A DNA stretch of 64,000 bases. Source: Bacteroidales bacterium UBA6192 (lineage in GTDB: Bacteria; Bacteroidota; Bacteroidia; Bacteroidales; F082). The notes under the pieces were generated by a model, which was given only the letters and a program-made list of their open reading frames with translations, ran no database searches and was not told the origin of the DNA. The position numbers and the translations under genes were made by a program. Location of the stretch: NCBI GenBank assembly GCA_002422725.1, contig DITE01000007.1:10957-74956 (forward strand), in the 5' to 3' direction. This document shows, one piece after another, positions 47,858 to 56,938 of this stretch (its first letter is position 1; every line of letters begins with the position of its first letter).

Positions 47858-48586
47858 ATGGAAACTAAACCCACTTATCCCGACCGCAGAATAGTAGCTG
47901 GATTGCTGCTTATCGTTGCCGGAGGTCTTTTATTGCTCGACCGGATGGACATGATTCCTTTCAACCTGAGCCATTATATCATTTCATGGAAAACACTCTT
48001 AATCGGAATTGGCCTGATTATTCTGGCAAGCCGCGAAAACAGAACCACAGGCTGGATCTTTGTCGGTCTTGGTGTCATATTCTGGTTACCCGAACTGTTT
48101 CAGTATCAAATTCGTCTGAGCACCATTTTTTGGCCGGCTTTGCTCATTGGCATCGGCTTAATCATTATCAGCCGTCGTTCCGACAAAACGGTTTCAGGCA
48201 ACCATGCTCACGTTTTCAGCAGTAAGAAAACAATTGATGACAATGCAGATGAATATATTGATGAAACGGCCATTTTTGGAGGAGGAAACTCTAGGGTTAT
48301 TTCATCCAATCTGAGAGGAGGCAAGATCACCGCAATTTTTGGAGGAACAGACATTGATATGAAGCATGCTGTTCCTGCCGCTGATGGCTGTTCCATCGAC
48401 ATTCTGGTAATTTTCGGTGGAACCAACCTCATCGTCCCTGAGGATTGGCAGGTGAAGTCAGAAATAGTGTCAATCTTTGGTGGTTTCTCCGACAAACGCA
48501 TTGTGCCTGCATCGGTAAACACATCGAAACTGGTCATCATAAAAGGCGTTGCCATCTTTGGTGGCGTCGAACTGAAAAGTTATTAA
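47858..48586 (+). CDS. LiaF-like (DUF2154-type) membrane protein
   Basis: Four N-terminal TM helices, then five '(A/V/S)IFGG' repeat units (AIFGGGNS, AIFGGTDI, VIFGGTNL, SIFGGFSD, AIFGGVEL), as in the LiaF C-terminal domain. Confidence 0.65.
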   Translation: METKPTYPDRRIVAGLLLIVAGGLLLLDRMDMIPFNLSHYIISWKTLLIGIGLIILASRENRTTGWIFVGLGVIFWLPELFQYQIRLSTIFWPALLIGIGLIIISRRSDKTVSGNHAHVFSSKKTIDDNADEYIDETAIFGGGNSRVISSNLRGGKITAIFGGTDIDMKHAVPAADGCSIDILVIFGGTNLIVPEDWQVKSEIVSIFGGFSDKRIVPASVNTSKLVIIKGVAIFGGVELKSY

Positions 48587-48594
48587 ACTGTAAC

Positions 48595-48632
48595 TTCCGG
48601 GCCTGGTTTATCGTCATAAACCAGGCCCGGAA
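48595..48632 (+). other. Perfect 17-bp stem-loop between the liaF-like gene and the kinase gene
   Basis: TTCCGGGCCTGGTTTAT (48595-48611), loop CGTC, ATAAACCAGGCCCGGAA (48616-48632). No U-tract follows. Confidence 0.6.
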
Positions 48633-48665
48633 ACGAACTGTTCTCAACCAACACAAGCAACATCT

Positions 48666-49730
48666 ATGATTAATCCATTTGCAAGAAATCGTTCCTATGT
48701 GTTTTTGTATGTGGCTGTCTGGATATTGATAATCCTTGTCCAGACGGCAACCCTTAATTATTATCAGGATATCGATCTGCTGGCTGCCTTTAGCGATTCC
48801 GTTGTATTCAATACCATCCTGGCCATAATCGGATTCAATATGTGGTATGTGCTCCGATTTAGTGTGAGGGAAAAACTGAGTACGCTCGATCTGATTATCA
48901 ACCACCTGCTTACTGCAGCATTTATGATTGCCATCTGGATTGCTTCAGGATATTTCATTGTTTCGGCCATTGAAAGCGAACAAGCCGAATACCTTGAATT
49001 CCTGAATTCGTCATTACCCTGGAGAGCCATCATTGGTGTGTTTTTCTATCTGCTATTTATCCTTCTTTATTATATAAGCCTTTACTACGAAGATCTTCAG
49101 CAAAAACTTAAAATTGAAGCGCGACTGAACAATTTGGTTAAGGAAGCCGAACTGAATGCTCTGAAATCGCAGATAAACCCACATTTTTTGTTCAACAGTC
49201 TGAACTCTATCAGCTCACTTACCATGACCGACTCGGAAAAAGCACAGGAAATGGTGATCAAACTTTCTGATTTTCTAAGGTATTCACTGAGTCATAACCG
49301 AAACGAAACCACCACACTACGCAGAGAACTCGAAAATACAGAACGTTATCTCGATATCGAAAAAGTGAGGTTTGGGAAGCGATTAAAGTATATTTCGCAT
49401 GTCTCAGACTTGTGTCTTGAAGCGCCTATCCCAAACATGATACTACAGCCTCTTTTTGAAAACGCCATCAAGCATGGGGTTTACAACAGCATCGATGAAG
49501 TTCAGGTTGAGCTTTCATGCGAAGCAAAAGATGGTTTTATGATTATCAGGCTTCTGAATGATTTTGATCCTGAAGCAACCCGCCCAAAAGGTGAAGGCAT
49601 CGGGTTGCAGAATATCCGCAACAGGCTGCAATTGCTTTATCAGCGAAACGATCTGTTGGAGATAAATATGGGCAAAATTGAATTCGAAGCTGTTTTACGT
49701 ATTCCAATTCATTCAATCAATGAACAATAA
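48666..49730 (+). CDS. LytS-type membrane sensor histidine kinase
   Basis: 354 aa with ~5 TM helices, then 'INPHFLFNSLNSI' and a GHKL C-terminus 'LQPLFENAIKHG...GEGIGLQNIRNRL'. Confidence 0.85.
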   Translation: MINPFARNRSYVFLYVAVWILIILVQTATLNYYQDIDLLAAFSDSVVFNTILAIIGFNMWYVLRFSVREKLSTLDLIINHLLTAAFMIAIWIASGYFIVSAIESEQAEYLEFLNSSLPWRAIIGVFFYLLFILLYYISLYYEDLQQKLKIEARLNNLVKEAELNALKSQINPHFLFNSLNSISSLTMTDSEKAQEMVIKLSDFLRYSLSHNRNETTTLRRELENTERYLDIEKVRFGKRLKYISHVSDLCLEAPIPNMILQPLFENAIKHGVYNSIDEVQVELSCEAKDGFMIIRLLNDFDPEATRPKGEGIGLQNIRNRLQLLYQRNDLLEINMGKIEFEAVLRIPIHSINEQ

Positions 49731-50475
49731 AATAAGAACCTTAATTATTGAAGATGAGGAGCCTGCCCGCCAGTTGCTCCGGTCATTCCTTTCAGGCTTC
49801 GAAGAAATTGACCTTATTGGTGAATGCTCCGATGGTTTCAGCGGACTAAAGACCATCAATGAAACCAAACCTGACTTGATTTTTTTGGATATTCAAATGC
49901 CCAAATTGACTGGATTTGAGTTGCTGGAACTCCTTGATGAACTTCCCGAAGTAATTTTCACAACAGCCTATGACCAGTTTGCGATTCAGGCTTTTGAAAT
50001 GAATGCGGTTGATTACCTGATGAAACCATTTGCCCGCAACAGGCTGCGTCAAGCTGTCGACAAAGTGATTGAGCGGTTCAGCCTTAAATCGAGTGGTAAA
50101 GAAGCATTGCAGATGCTAACAAACCATATCCATGAAAAGCCGCCACTTATTGATCGGGTGGTGGTAAAATCGGGCTCAAAGATTCAGGTGATAGCCGTTG
50201 ATGATATTGAACAACTTGAAGCACAGGACGATTATGTGATGATTTATACTACCTCGGGTCGGTTTATGAAAAAAGAAACAATGGCCTATTATGAACAAGC
50301 TTTGCCTGAGGATCGTTTTTTACGCATTCACCGCAGCCACATTATCAATATCAACCAGATCGGTCAAATTGAACAATACGGCAAAGAAAGCTATCTGATC
50401 ATGCTGAAAAACGGCAATCAGGTAAATGTGAGCAAAAGCAGGATCAAAGACCTGAAGCGTGAACTTGGTTTCTGA
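49720..50475 (+). CDS. LytTR-family DNA-binding response regulator
   Basis: 'IRTLIIEDEEPAR...LIFLDIQMPKLTGFELL...VIFTTAY', then LytTR 'IEQLEAQDDYVMIYT...FLRIHRSHIINI'. The ATG at 49720 overlaps the kinase stop. Confidence 0.85.
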   Translation: MNNKIRTLIIEDEEPARQLLRSFLSGFEEIDLIGECSDGFSGLKTINETKPDLIFLDIQMPKLTGFELLELLDELPEVIFTTAYDQFAIQAFEMNAVDYLMKPFARNRLRQAVDKVIERFSLKSSGKEALQMLTNHIHEKPPLIDRVVVKSGSKIQVIAVDDIEQLEAQDDYVMIYTTSGRFMKKETMAYYEQALPEDRFLRIHRSHIININQIGQIEQYGKESYLIMLKNGNQVNVSKSRIKDLKRELGF

Positions 50476-50481
50476 TCCGGT

Positions 50482-51819
50482 TCACAACAAATCATTTGCC
50501 AGATTGGCCAGCTCCGAACGTTCGCCTTTTTCGAGGCGTACGTGGGCATATATCCCATGATGCTTGATTTTATCAATCAAAAATGAAAGTCCGTTCGACT
50601 GTGCATCAAGATATGGTGTGTCTATCTGAAAAATATCACCTGTAAAAACAATCTTGGTGTTTTCACCAGCACGGGTAATGATGGTTTTTACCTCATGCGG
50701 GGTGAGATTTTGTGCCTCATCCACAATAAAAAACACATTCGAAATGCTTCTTCCCCTGATATAGGCCAGCGGGGTAATCACAAGTTTTTCGTGTTCAACA
50801 GCTTCTGCAATCCGTTTGTACTCTTTGTCCTCTTCACCATATTGATTCTGAATGAATTTGAGGTTGTCCCAAAGCGGTTCCATATACGGGTTTAGCTTGG
50901 ACTTTATGTCGCCGGGCAGAAAACCAATATCCTTGTTGCTCAGCGGCACAATTGGCCTGGCCAGATAAACCTGCTTGAAATTGCGCCTTTGCTCCCAGGC
51001 AGCAGCTAACGCCAGCAGGGTTTTTCCTGTTCCGGCTACTCCCTGAAGGGTAACAAGTTTTACCTCGGGATTGAGCAATGCGTGCAGGGCAAACACCTGT
51101 TCGGCATTACGCGGCATAATACGTGAAACAGCTTGTTTTTCGATACGCTCGATTCGGCTTGTTACCGGATTGTAAAATGTGAGGGCTGATGTTTTGGCGC
51201 TTTTAAGGATAAAATAATGATTGGGCAAAGCGTTGCTGACTCCAATGTCGGAAAGCTGGCAAAATCCCTCATGGTAAATCTTATCAATCACTTCTGGACT
51301 TACGTCTTCAATAGTCGATTTGCCTGTGTAAAGCGACTCAAGATCCTTCACTTTTCCGGTTTCGTAATCTTCGGCTTGCAGGCTTAATGACTTCGCTTTC
51401 AACCTCAGATTCACGTCTTTTGTAACCAGAATAACCTTTTTCTCAGGATAATCTTCCGAAAGTTTGAGTGCAGCATTTAATATACGGTGATCTGGCTTGT
51501 CACCTCCAAAAATCTGACGGGCATCAGTTTTACTCTTTTCGTTCATCAACACCTTGAAACGCCCTTTTGAAGGTCCGTTTATTTTTCGCCAGTTTTTCAT
51601 GGTATACTTTCCCGAAATCTTATCCATGAACCGGATAAACTCGCGGGCTTCGAAATTTTTGGTGTCGTTTCCTTTTTTGAAATTGTCGAGTTCTTCAAAA
51701 ACAGTAATCGGGATCGCTACATCATTTTCTTCAAAAGTATTGATCGCATTGTGATTGTAAAGAATAACAGAGGTGTCGAGTACAAATATCTTTCCTGGTT
51801 TGGGTTTCACTGTTGCCAT
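50482..51819 (-). CDS. PhoH2-type protein (N-terminal PIN domain fused to PhoH-like ATPase)
   Basis: 445 aa. PIN-like 'IFVLDTSVILYN...DVAIPITVFEELD', Walker A 'GVAGTGKTLLALA' and 'FFIVDEAQNLTPHE'. Confidence 0.85.
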   Translation of the reverse strand: MATVKPKPGKIFVLDTSVILYNHNAINTFEENDVAIPITVFEELDNFKKGNDTKNFEAREFIRFMDKISGKYTMKNWRKINGPSKGRFKVLMNEKSKTDARQIFGGDKPDHRILNAALKLSEDYPEKKVILVTKDVNLRLKAKSLSLQAEDYETGKVKDLESLYTGKSTIEDVSPEVIDKIYHEGFCQLSDIGVSNALPNHYFILKSAKTSALTFYNPVTSRIERIEKQAVSRIMPRNAEQVFALHALLNPEVKLVTLQGVAGTGKTLLALAAAWEQRRNFKQVYLARPIVPLSNKDIGFLPGDIKSKLNPYMEPLWDNLKFIQNQYGEEDKEYKRIAEAVEHEKLVITPLAYIRGRSISNVFFIVDEAQNLTPHEVKTIITRAGENTKIVFTGDIFQIDTPYLDAQSNGLSFLIDKIKHHGIYAHVRLEKGERSELANLANDLL

Positions 51820-52082
51820 AGTAGTGATGGTTATCGGCTTTTAATTGTTGCTAATTTTCGATATAAAGGTAAAACGCTAATTCGTGTGTTTTCGGCACAT
51901 GCAGAGACTGAGTTATCAACAAGCCGGTGTTGAAGGTCTGCTATCAGTTAAAAATCAGTTGTTAAGCTTTCCACAATTAAACACCCGAATTCTTGATTTT
52001 AAAATCCATGTAATAAAATCTATCGGGAAGGACCAACGATTGTCAGGAAAGCCCGATTCACAATGGCTTCAGCAAAAGCAAT

Positions 52083-54677
52083 TTATCTTGTTGCAACGAC
52101 AACTGCTTTTTTGAAGCGTTCAACATTTCCTGACAAATCAAAAACTTCGGCAAACACAAGATAGATTCCCACACCAACCCGATTGCCCGACTCATTCAAT
52201 CCGTCCCAGCTCACTGAGCCTGACTGTTCAACAAGCTTGCTTTTTACCAAATGACGGATTGCCTGACCCGAAGCATCAAAAATGGTCATATTCAGCACAT
52301 AGCCGGGCTGATCAAACCGAAAAGCAATGGATGTGAGGTCTGCCTTTCCGTCGCCATCGGGAGAGAATATTTCAGGGTCAATTGTTAATTCACCTGTGGA
52401 TTCCGCAACTTTTGTGAAAATCGAATTCACATACCCTGGGGTTCCAAAGCCGGCCGTTTCTGATGCCGAATGCCAATTGGTAGGGTCGTCAGATGGCCTA
52501 TCGAAAGCAACCCTTTCGAGCGATACCCCTTTTACAGAACTCAACAACGGGAAATGCATTTTTTCATTATAGGTCATGACATCAATAACTATCCCGGCTT
52601 TTGATTTCAGCATAGCCGTTCCTTCCGCATTTGAATAGGTTGGAAAAGAGGGAAGTTCAACAAAGCTTGCCGGGTCTGGTGTAAAATATTGCTGTTTCAC
52701 TTTTGTTGCCGAAGTTGTTAATAATCTGTACTGCTCCGGAAGCATGAACAGGCTATTCTCCGTAATCATTTTTAATGTCGTATCAGGTTGATTCGGAGGA
52801 CTGTTTCTGATGGCTGCCAGCCAGATCTGTTCAAGATCAATTATCTTGCCGGAGCGGTTATAAATCTCCACATAATCTACTCCATTGTCCAATGGATTAA
52901 AGAGTATTTCATTTATAACCAAATCATTCATGTCGGCTTGCTCAGGAATTCCAAAGGAAATTTGTGTTCCGGCGGCCACTGCTTTTCCGGCGCAGTTCAA
53001 CACAGTTGTGGCAATATTCAGCTGATAAACAATTCCCGGCTGAAAATCCTGTTCAAAAATCAACTCAATAAAACGCTGATCAGCAGGATTAACAAATGCC
53101 TGAACTGCTTTGATTGAACCGGGTTGAACCAGATAGGCATTAACATCTGACATAGAAACAACATCCATCAACTGATCGAACCACAACTGCAAAATATTGT
53201 TGCCCTGAAGCTTGATTCTTTCAGGCTTTGGGAGTTGGCTAAGTGTATCATAAACTGAATTGACTAATCCTGGCGTGCCTCCGGACATATCTTTTGATGA
53301 AGTCCAGTTGCCACTCCCACCGCATGGATTTTCAGGATTAATCTGCTCGAGCGACCAGCCCCCTTCGGCTTTTGCCTGATCACCATACCAGCTGTCGTGG
53401 TAACTCACATACGATATATTCTGACCCTGATTGCTCACCAACTTCAATTCCTGGCCACTGTTTGTAAGCTGAAACGTAGAAAACCCATAAAACAATCCAA
53501 GGTTCTCAAAAGATGATCGTGCTTCTTCATTGGCTAAAATCAGATATTGTTTGGGTGGAATAACCACCTGATTAAACAATCTCTCAGTCGTTCCGGAAAA
53601 CAAAACCCATCCACTCAGATCAACCGAAAGATCCGTTGTGTTATAAAGCTCCACATATTCCCAATCAGGCAAGCCAACAACAGGGCTTGGGTCGGCCATA
53701 ATTTCATTGATGACAATATCATTGGGCTGAGCCTCATAATAACTGAATAACATGGATTGTGACGGAAGAATATTCCCTTCAAGGTCCTCAATATCCTGAA
53801 CTGTCAATTCATACACTTTCGCCAGCTCAAATGCCAGCTCAAATGAAAGCAACACTTTGGTTGCATTTGGCCCAAAAGCAGCCAGCTGCGGAAAGCCAAC
53901 CCCCTCATTAACCTGATAATTGCCTGTGTTGGTGGCTGATGCAGATGAAATGGCCTCATTAAAAGTGAGCATCAGGTTAAATGGATCTGTTGCAGTGGTG
54001 CTCATTAATACCGGTGGTTGATTATCAACTTCTTCGATTCCAATAACTATGTTGTCAAAATACACTTTTGTGGCATTTGAAACCGTGTATTGACAAAGTA
54101 TACCGAAAAAGCCACCGGCTTGAAACGAATTGTCGAAGCCACTGGTTTCGAGCTGATAAACTCCTGAATTTGACGGATCAGCATACACTTTCCAGTTTCC
54201 ATCAGCCTTTTTTACAACCTTTACCTGTAAGGCAAATGAATTGGCAAGTAAGCCTTCGGTACCCCTGCAAATACTCGTGGAAATGCCATTTTGAATTTTA
54301 AAAAGTTCAATTGCATCAAGGCTTCCGGCTTCACCAAACCTCAAATAATATCCATTCAATTCCTCTGTCAGATTCTCTTTGTCGCTTACTAAAAATACAT
54401 TGCTATAATTACTTCCCGAAGGACTAAAAGCCAGTTTAATCCAGAATTTCCACTCAATGTCGCCCGAAATTGAATAGGGAGAGCTTAGCCATGCAGTGGA
54501 TGCTTCGGTATCGTTCAGTTGAAGCTGAAAACTGGTGTTTACAATAAATTTATTCGTTGTACCGCTCCATACAGGGTTCTGACTGAAATCACCATCATTG
54601 AAATCATCCGAAAACTGAGCTGATAAAACCACCGGAATAAGCAATAATACGATGAATAACTGCTTCATAACTGACAT
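52083..54677 (-). CDS. Secreted protein with two lamin-tail-domain (LTD)-like modules
   Basis: 864 aa with a signal peptide. LTD-like 'IVINEIMADPSP...WEYVELYNTTDLSVDLSGW' and 'LVINEILFNPLDNGVDYVEIYNRSGKIIDL'. The C-terminal beta-sandwich-like tail ends 'FKKAVVVATR'. Confidence 0.65.
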   Translation of the reverse strand: MSVMKQLFIVLLLIPVVLSAQFSDDFNDGDFSQNPVWSGTTNKFIVNTSFQLQLNDTEASTAWLSSPYSISGDIEWKFWIKLAFSPSGSNYSNVFLVSDKENLTEELNGYYLRFGEAGSLDAIELFKIQNGISTSICRGTEGLLANSFALQVKVVKKADGNWKVYADPSNSGVYQLETSGFDNSFQAGGFFGILCQYTVSNATKVYFDNIVIGIEEVDNQPPVLMSTTATDPFNLMLTFNEAISSASATNTGNYQVNEGVGFPQLAAFGPNATKVLLSFELAFELAKVYELTVQDIEDLEGNILPSQSMLFSYYEAQPNDIVINEIMADPSPVVGLPDWEYVELYNTTDLSVDLSGWVLFSGTTERLFNQVVIPPKQYLILANEEARSSFENLGLFYGFSTFQLTNSGQELKLVSNQGQNISYVSYHDSWYGDQAKAEGGWSLEQINPENPCGGSGNWTSSKDMSGGTPGLVNSVYDTLSQLPKPERIKLQGNNILQLWFDQLMDVVSMSDVNAYLVQPGSIKAVQAFVNPADQRFIELIFEQDFQPGIVYQLNIATTVLNCAGKAVAAGTQISFGIPEQADMNDLVINEILFNPLDNGVDYVEIYNRSGKIIDLEQIWLAAIRNSPPNQPDTTLKMITENSLFMLPEQYRLLTTSATKVKQQYFTPDPASFVELPSFPTYSNAEGTAMLKSKAGIVIDVMTYNEKMHFPLLSSVKGVSLERVAFDRPSDDPTNWHSASETAGFGTPGYVNSIFTKVAESTGELTIDPEIFSPDGDGKADLTSIAFRFDQPGYVLNMTIFDASGQAIRHLVKSKLVEQSGSVSWDGLNESGNRVGVGIYLVFAEVFDLSGNVERFKKAVVVATR

Positions 54678-54798
54678 CTTATTTTGTTGTAAACATACAA
54701 AAAACTTAACAGATCAAGATTACCGAATCCTGAAATTCTCGGGAATTAATCGCGATCATCCTAAACTGCTTATTTATGACGCCCTGAACCCAATTTTT

Positions 54799-54806
54799 AT
54801 AATTTT
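54799..54806 (+). promoter_or_regulatory. Candidate -7 promoter box TAATTTTG upstream of asd
   Basis: It matches TAnnTTTG and lies ~59 nt upstream of the ATG at 54865. Confidence 0.3.
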
Positions 54807-54864
54807 GCAGCACTTAAGCCATTGGCTTATGCTCAATTCAAAAAACAATCTATTCTGATACCCT

Positions 54865-55866
54865 ATGAAGGTTGCGGTAATTGGTGCTACAGGTCTTGTT
54901 GGTCAAAACATGATCGATGTTCTGAACAAGGAAAACTTCCCTGTTACAGATTTCATCCCTGTGGCTTCTTCGGCTTCGTTTGGCAAAACAATTCCTTTCA
55001 GAGGTAATGAATACACCATAATCAGCCATGAAGAGGCGCTGGCAAAAAAGCCTCATTTGGCATTATTTTCGGCCGGTGGCGATGTGTCGCGCAAATGGGC
55101 TCCGCAATATGCTGCACAGCAGTGCGTTGTGATCGACAACAGTTCTGCCTGGCGGACAAATCCCGATGTGCCTCTTGTTGTCCCCGAGATTAACATCACT
55201 TCCATAAAGGATATCCACACCATTATTGCTAATCCGAACTGCTCAACAATACAGATGGTTGTTGCCATTGCTCCCATTCACAGGCAGTATGGAATAAAAC
55301 GGCTCGTTATTTCAACCTATCAATCGGTAACAGGGAGTGGTGTAAAAGGAATGCGCCAGCTGAAAGAGGAACAGGAGGGACGCCGGGCTTCCCTGCCGGC
55401 CTACCCCCATCCGATTCATGAGAACATCATCCCACATGCAGGCGAGTTTGATATGGAAGGATACACATCAGAAGAACGAAAACTTGAATTTGAAACCAGA
55501 AAAATACTGGATGACTACGAAATTGGCATAACTGCTACTGTTGTCAGGGTTCCTGTTTTGGGTGGTCATTCTGTTTCGGTAAATATTCAAACCGAACAAG
55601 CATTTCAAACCGATGATATCCGGCGTTTGCTTAAAGCATTTCAGGGTATAATTGTGCAAGACGATCCGCAAAACAATCAATACCCCATGCCCCTCTTTGC
55701 GCAAGGCCTCGATCAGGTGCTCGTTGGTCGGATACGTCGCGATTCGAGCATGCCCAATGCGCTCAATCTGTGGATTGTTTCGGATAACCTTCGTAAAGGT
55801 GCCGCCACCAATGCAGTACAAATTGCTATGGGTATGCTGAAAATGAGATTATTACCAAAATTCTGA
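54865..55866 (+). CDS. asd: Aspartate-semialdehyde dehydrogenase
   Basis: 333 aa. 'VAVIGATGLVGQ', active-site 'IANPNCSTIQMV', 'STYQSVSG-like STYQSVTGSG' and 'DNLRKGAA'. Confidence 0.9.
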   Translation: MKVAVIGATGLVGQNMIDVLNKENFPVTDFIPVASSASFGKTIPFRGNEYTIISHEEALAKKPHLALFSAGGDVSRKWAPQYAAQQCVVIDNSSAWRTNPDVPLVVPEINITSIKDIHTIIANPNCSTIQMVVAIAPIHRQYGIKRLVISTYQSVTGSGVKGMRQLKEEQEGRRASLPAYPHPIHENIIPHAGEFDMEGYTSEERKLEFETRKILDDYEIGITATVVRVPVLGGHSVSVNIQTEQAFQTDDIRRLLKAFQGIIVQDDPQNNQYPMPLFAQGLDQVLVGRIRRDSSMPNALNLWIVSDNLRKGAATNAVQIAMGMLKMRLLPKF

Positions 55867-55868
55867 AT

Positions 55869-56807
55869 GTGAATATTTATCATCATATAGACGAATTTGT
55901 TCAGGTACCAAACCCGGTTGTTACGGTTGGAACTTTCGATGGCGTGCATCTTGGGCATCAGGCCATTTTCAGGAGAATGCTTGAAGAAGCCAGCAATATC
56001 AATGGAGAAACTGTTGTCATTACTTTTCACCCTCACCCACGTATAGTGCTTCAGATTGAAAGCAGTAATCTGAAATTTATCAATACACAGGAGGTGAAAA
56101 TTAAGCGATTGGCTAATGCCGGCATACATAATCTGATAATCATTCCCTTTACCCGCGAGTTTTCGCGAACAACTTCCGAAGCCTTTGTTAAAGATTATAT
56201 CGTGGACAAAATCAAACCGGCTCGCCTGGTTATTGGCTACGACCATCATTTTGGCAAAAACAGAATGGGTGACTTTCGCAAGCTCTACGATATGGGTCAC
56301 CGATACGGATTCAAGGTTGATCGTATCCCGGCTCAGGATGTCGAGAACATTGCCATCAGTTCGACCAAGATACGCAAAGCACTCGAATCGGGCGACGTGC
56401 AAAAAGCCAACCGTTTGCTGGGTTATCAATATTCAATCACCGGAACAGTAGTTCATGGTAACGAGCTTGGCCGTACCATTGGTTTTCCTACAGCCAATAT
56501 TCTGGTTGATGATCAGTATAAACTCATTACGGCCACCGGCGTTTATGCCTGTCTTGTTGAATGGAATGGTAAACTTTTGCCCGGCATGAGCAATATTGGT
56601 TACAGGCCAACAATCAACGAGGGCAAGCTAACGATCGAAGCACACATTTTTGATTTCGATGAAGTTATTTACGATCAAACAATTAGCATTCGCTTTATCA
56701 AACGTATCAGGGATGAACAACGTTTCGACACCATCCATGATCTTCGCGACCAATTGCAGCGCGATCAGGTAAAATGTCTTGAAATTCTGAATTTACCCAG
56801 TGAATAG
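55869..56807 (+). CDS. ribF: Bifunctional riboflavin kinase/FMN adenylyltransferase
   Basis: 312 aa with a GTG start 2 nt after the asd stop. 'VTVGTFDGVHLGHQ', 'ISSTKIR', 'GRTIGFPTANI' and 'IEAHIFDF'. Confidence 0.88.
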   Translation: MNIYHHIDEFVQVPNPVVTVGTFDGVHLGHQAIFRRMLEEASNINGETVVITFHPHPRIVLQIESSNLKFINTQEVKIKRLANAGIHNLIIIPFTREFSRTTSEAFVKDYIVDKIKPARLVIGYDHHFGKNRMGDFRKLYDMGHRYGFKVDRIPAQDVENIAISSTKIRKALESGDVQKANRLLGYQYSITGTVVHGNELGRTIGFPTANILVDDQYKLITATGVYACLVEWNGKLLPGMSNIGYRPTINEGKLTIEAHIFDFDEVIYDQTISIRFIKRIRDEQRFDTIHDLRDQLQRDQVKCLEILNLPSE

Positions 56808-56938
56808 AATCCACTCGGTGATTTGCCTCACGGCTTAGTTTCGCGGCAGAACAGGCATAGGCTAAATAGTGGCCGCATTTTGCAGAAAAGTACTATTTTT
56901 GTAAAGTAAAAATTAATTATCCACCTAACTTGCAGATT

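Noticed and set aside
55713-56429. 238-aa minus-strand ORF
   Set aside because: It lies antisense across the asd/ribF junction, and both of those genes carry strong family signatures. The translated product has no motifs.
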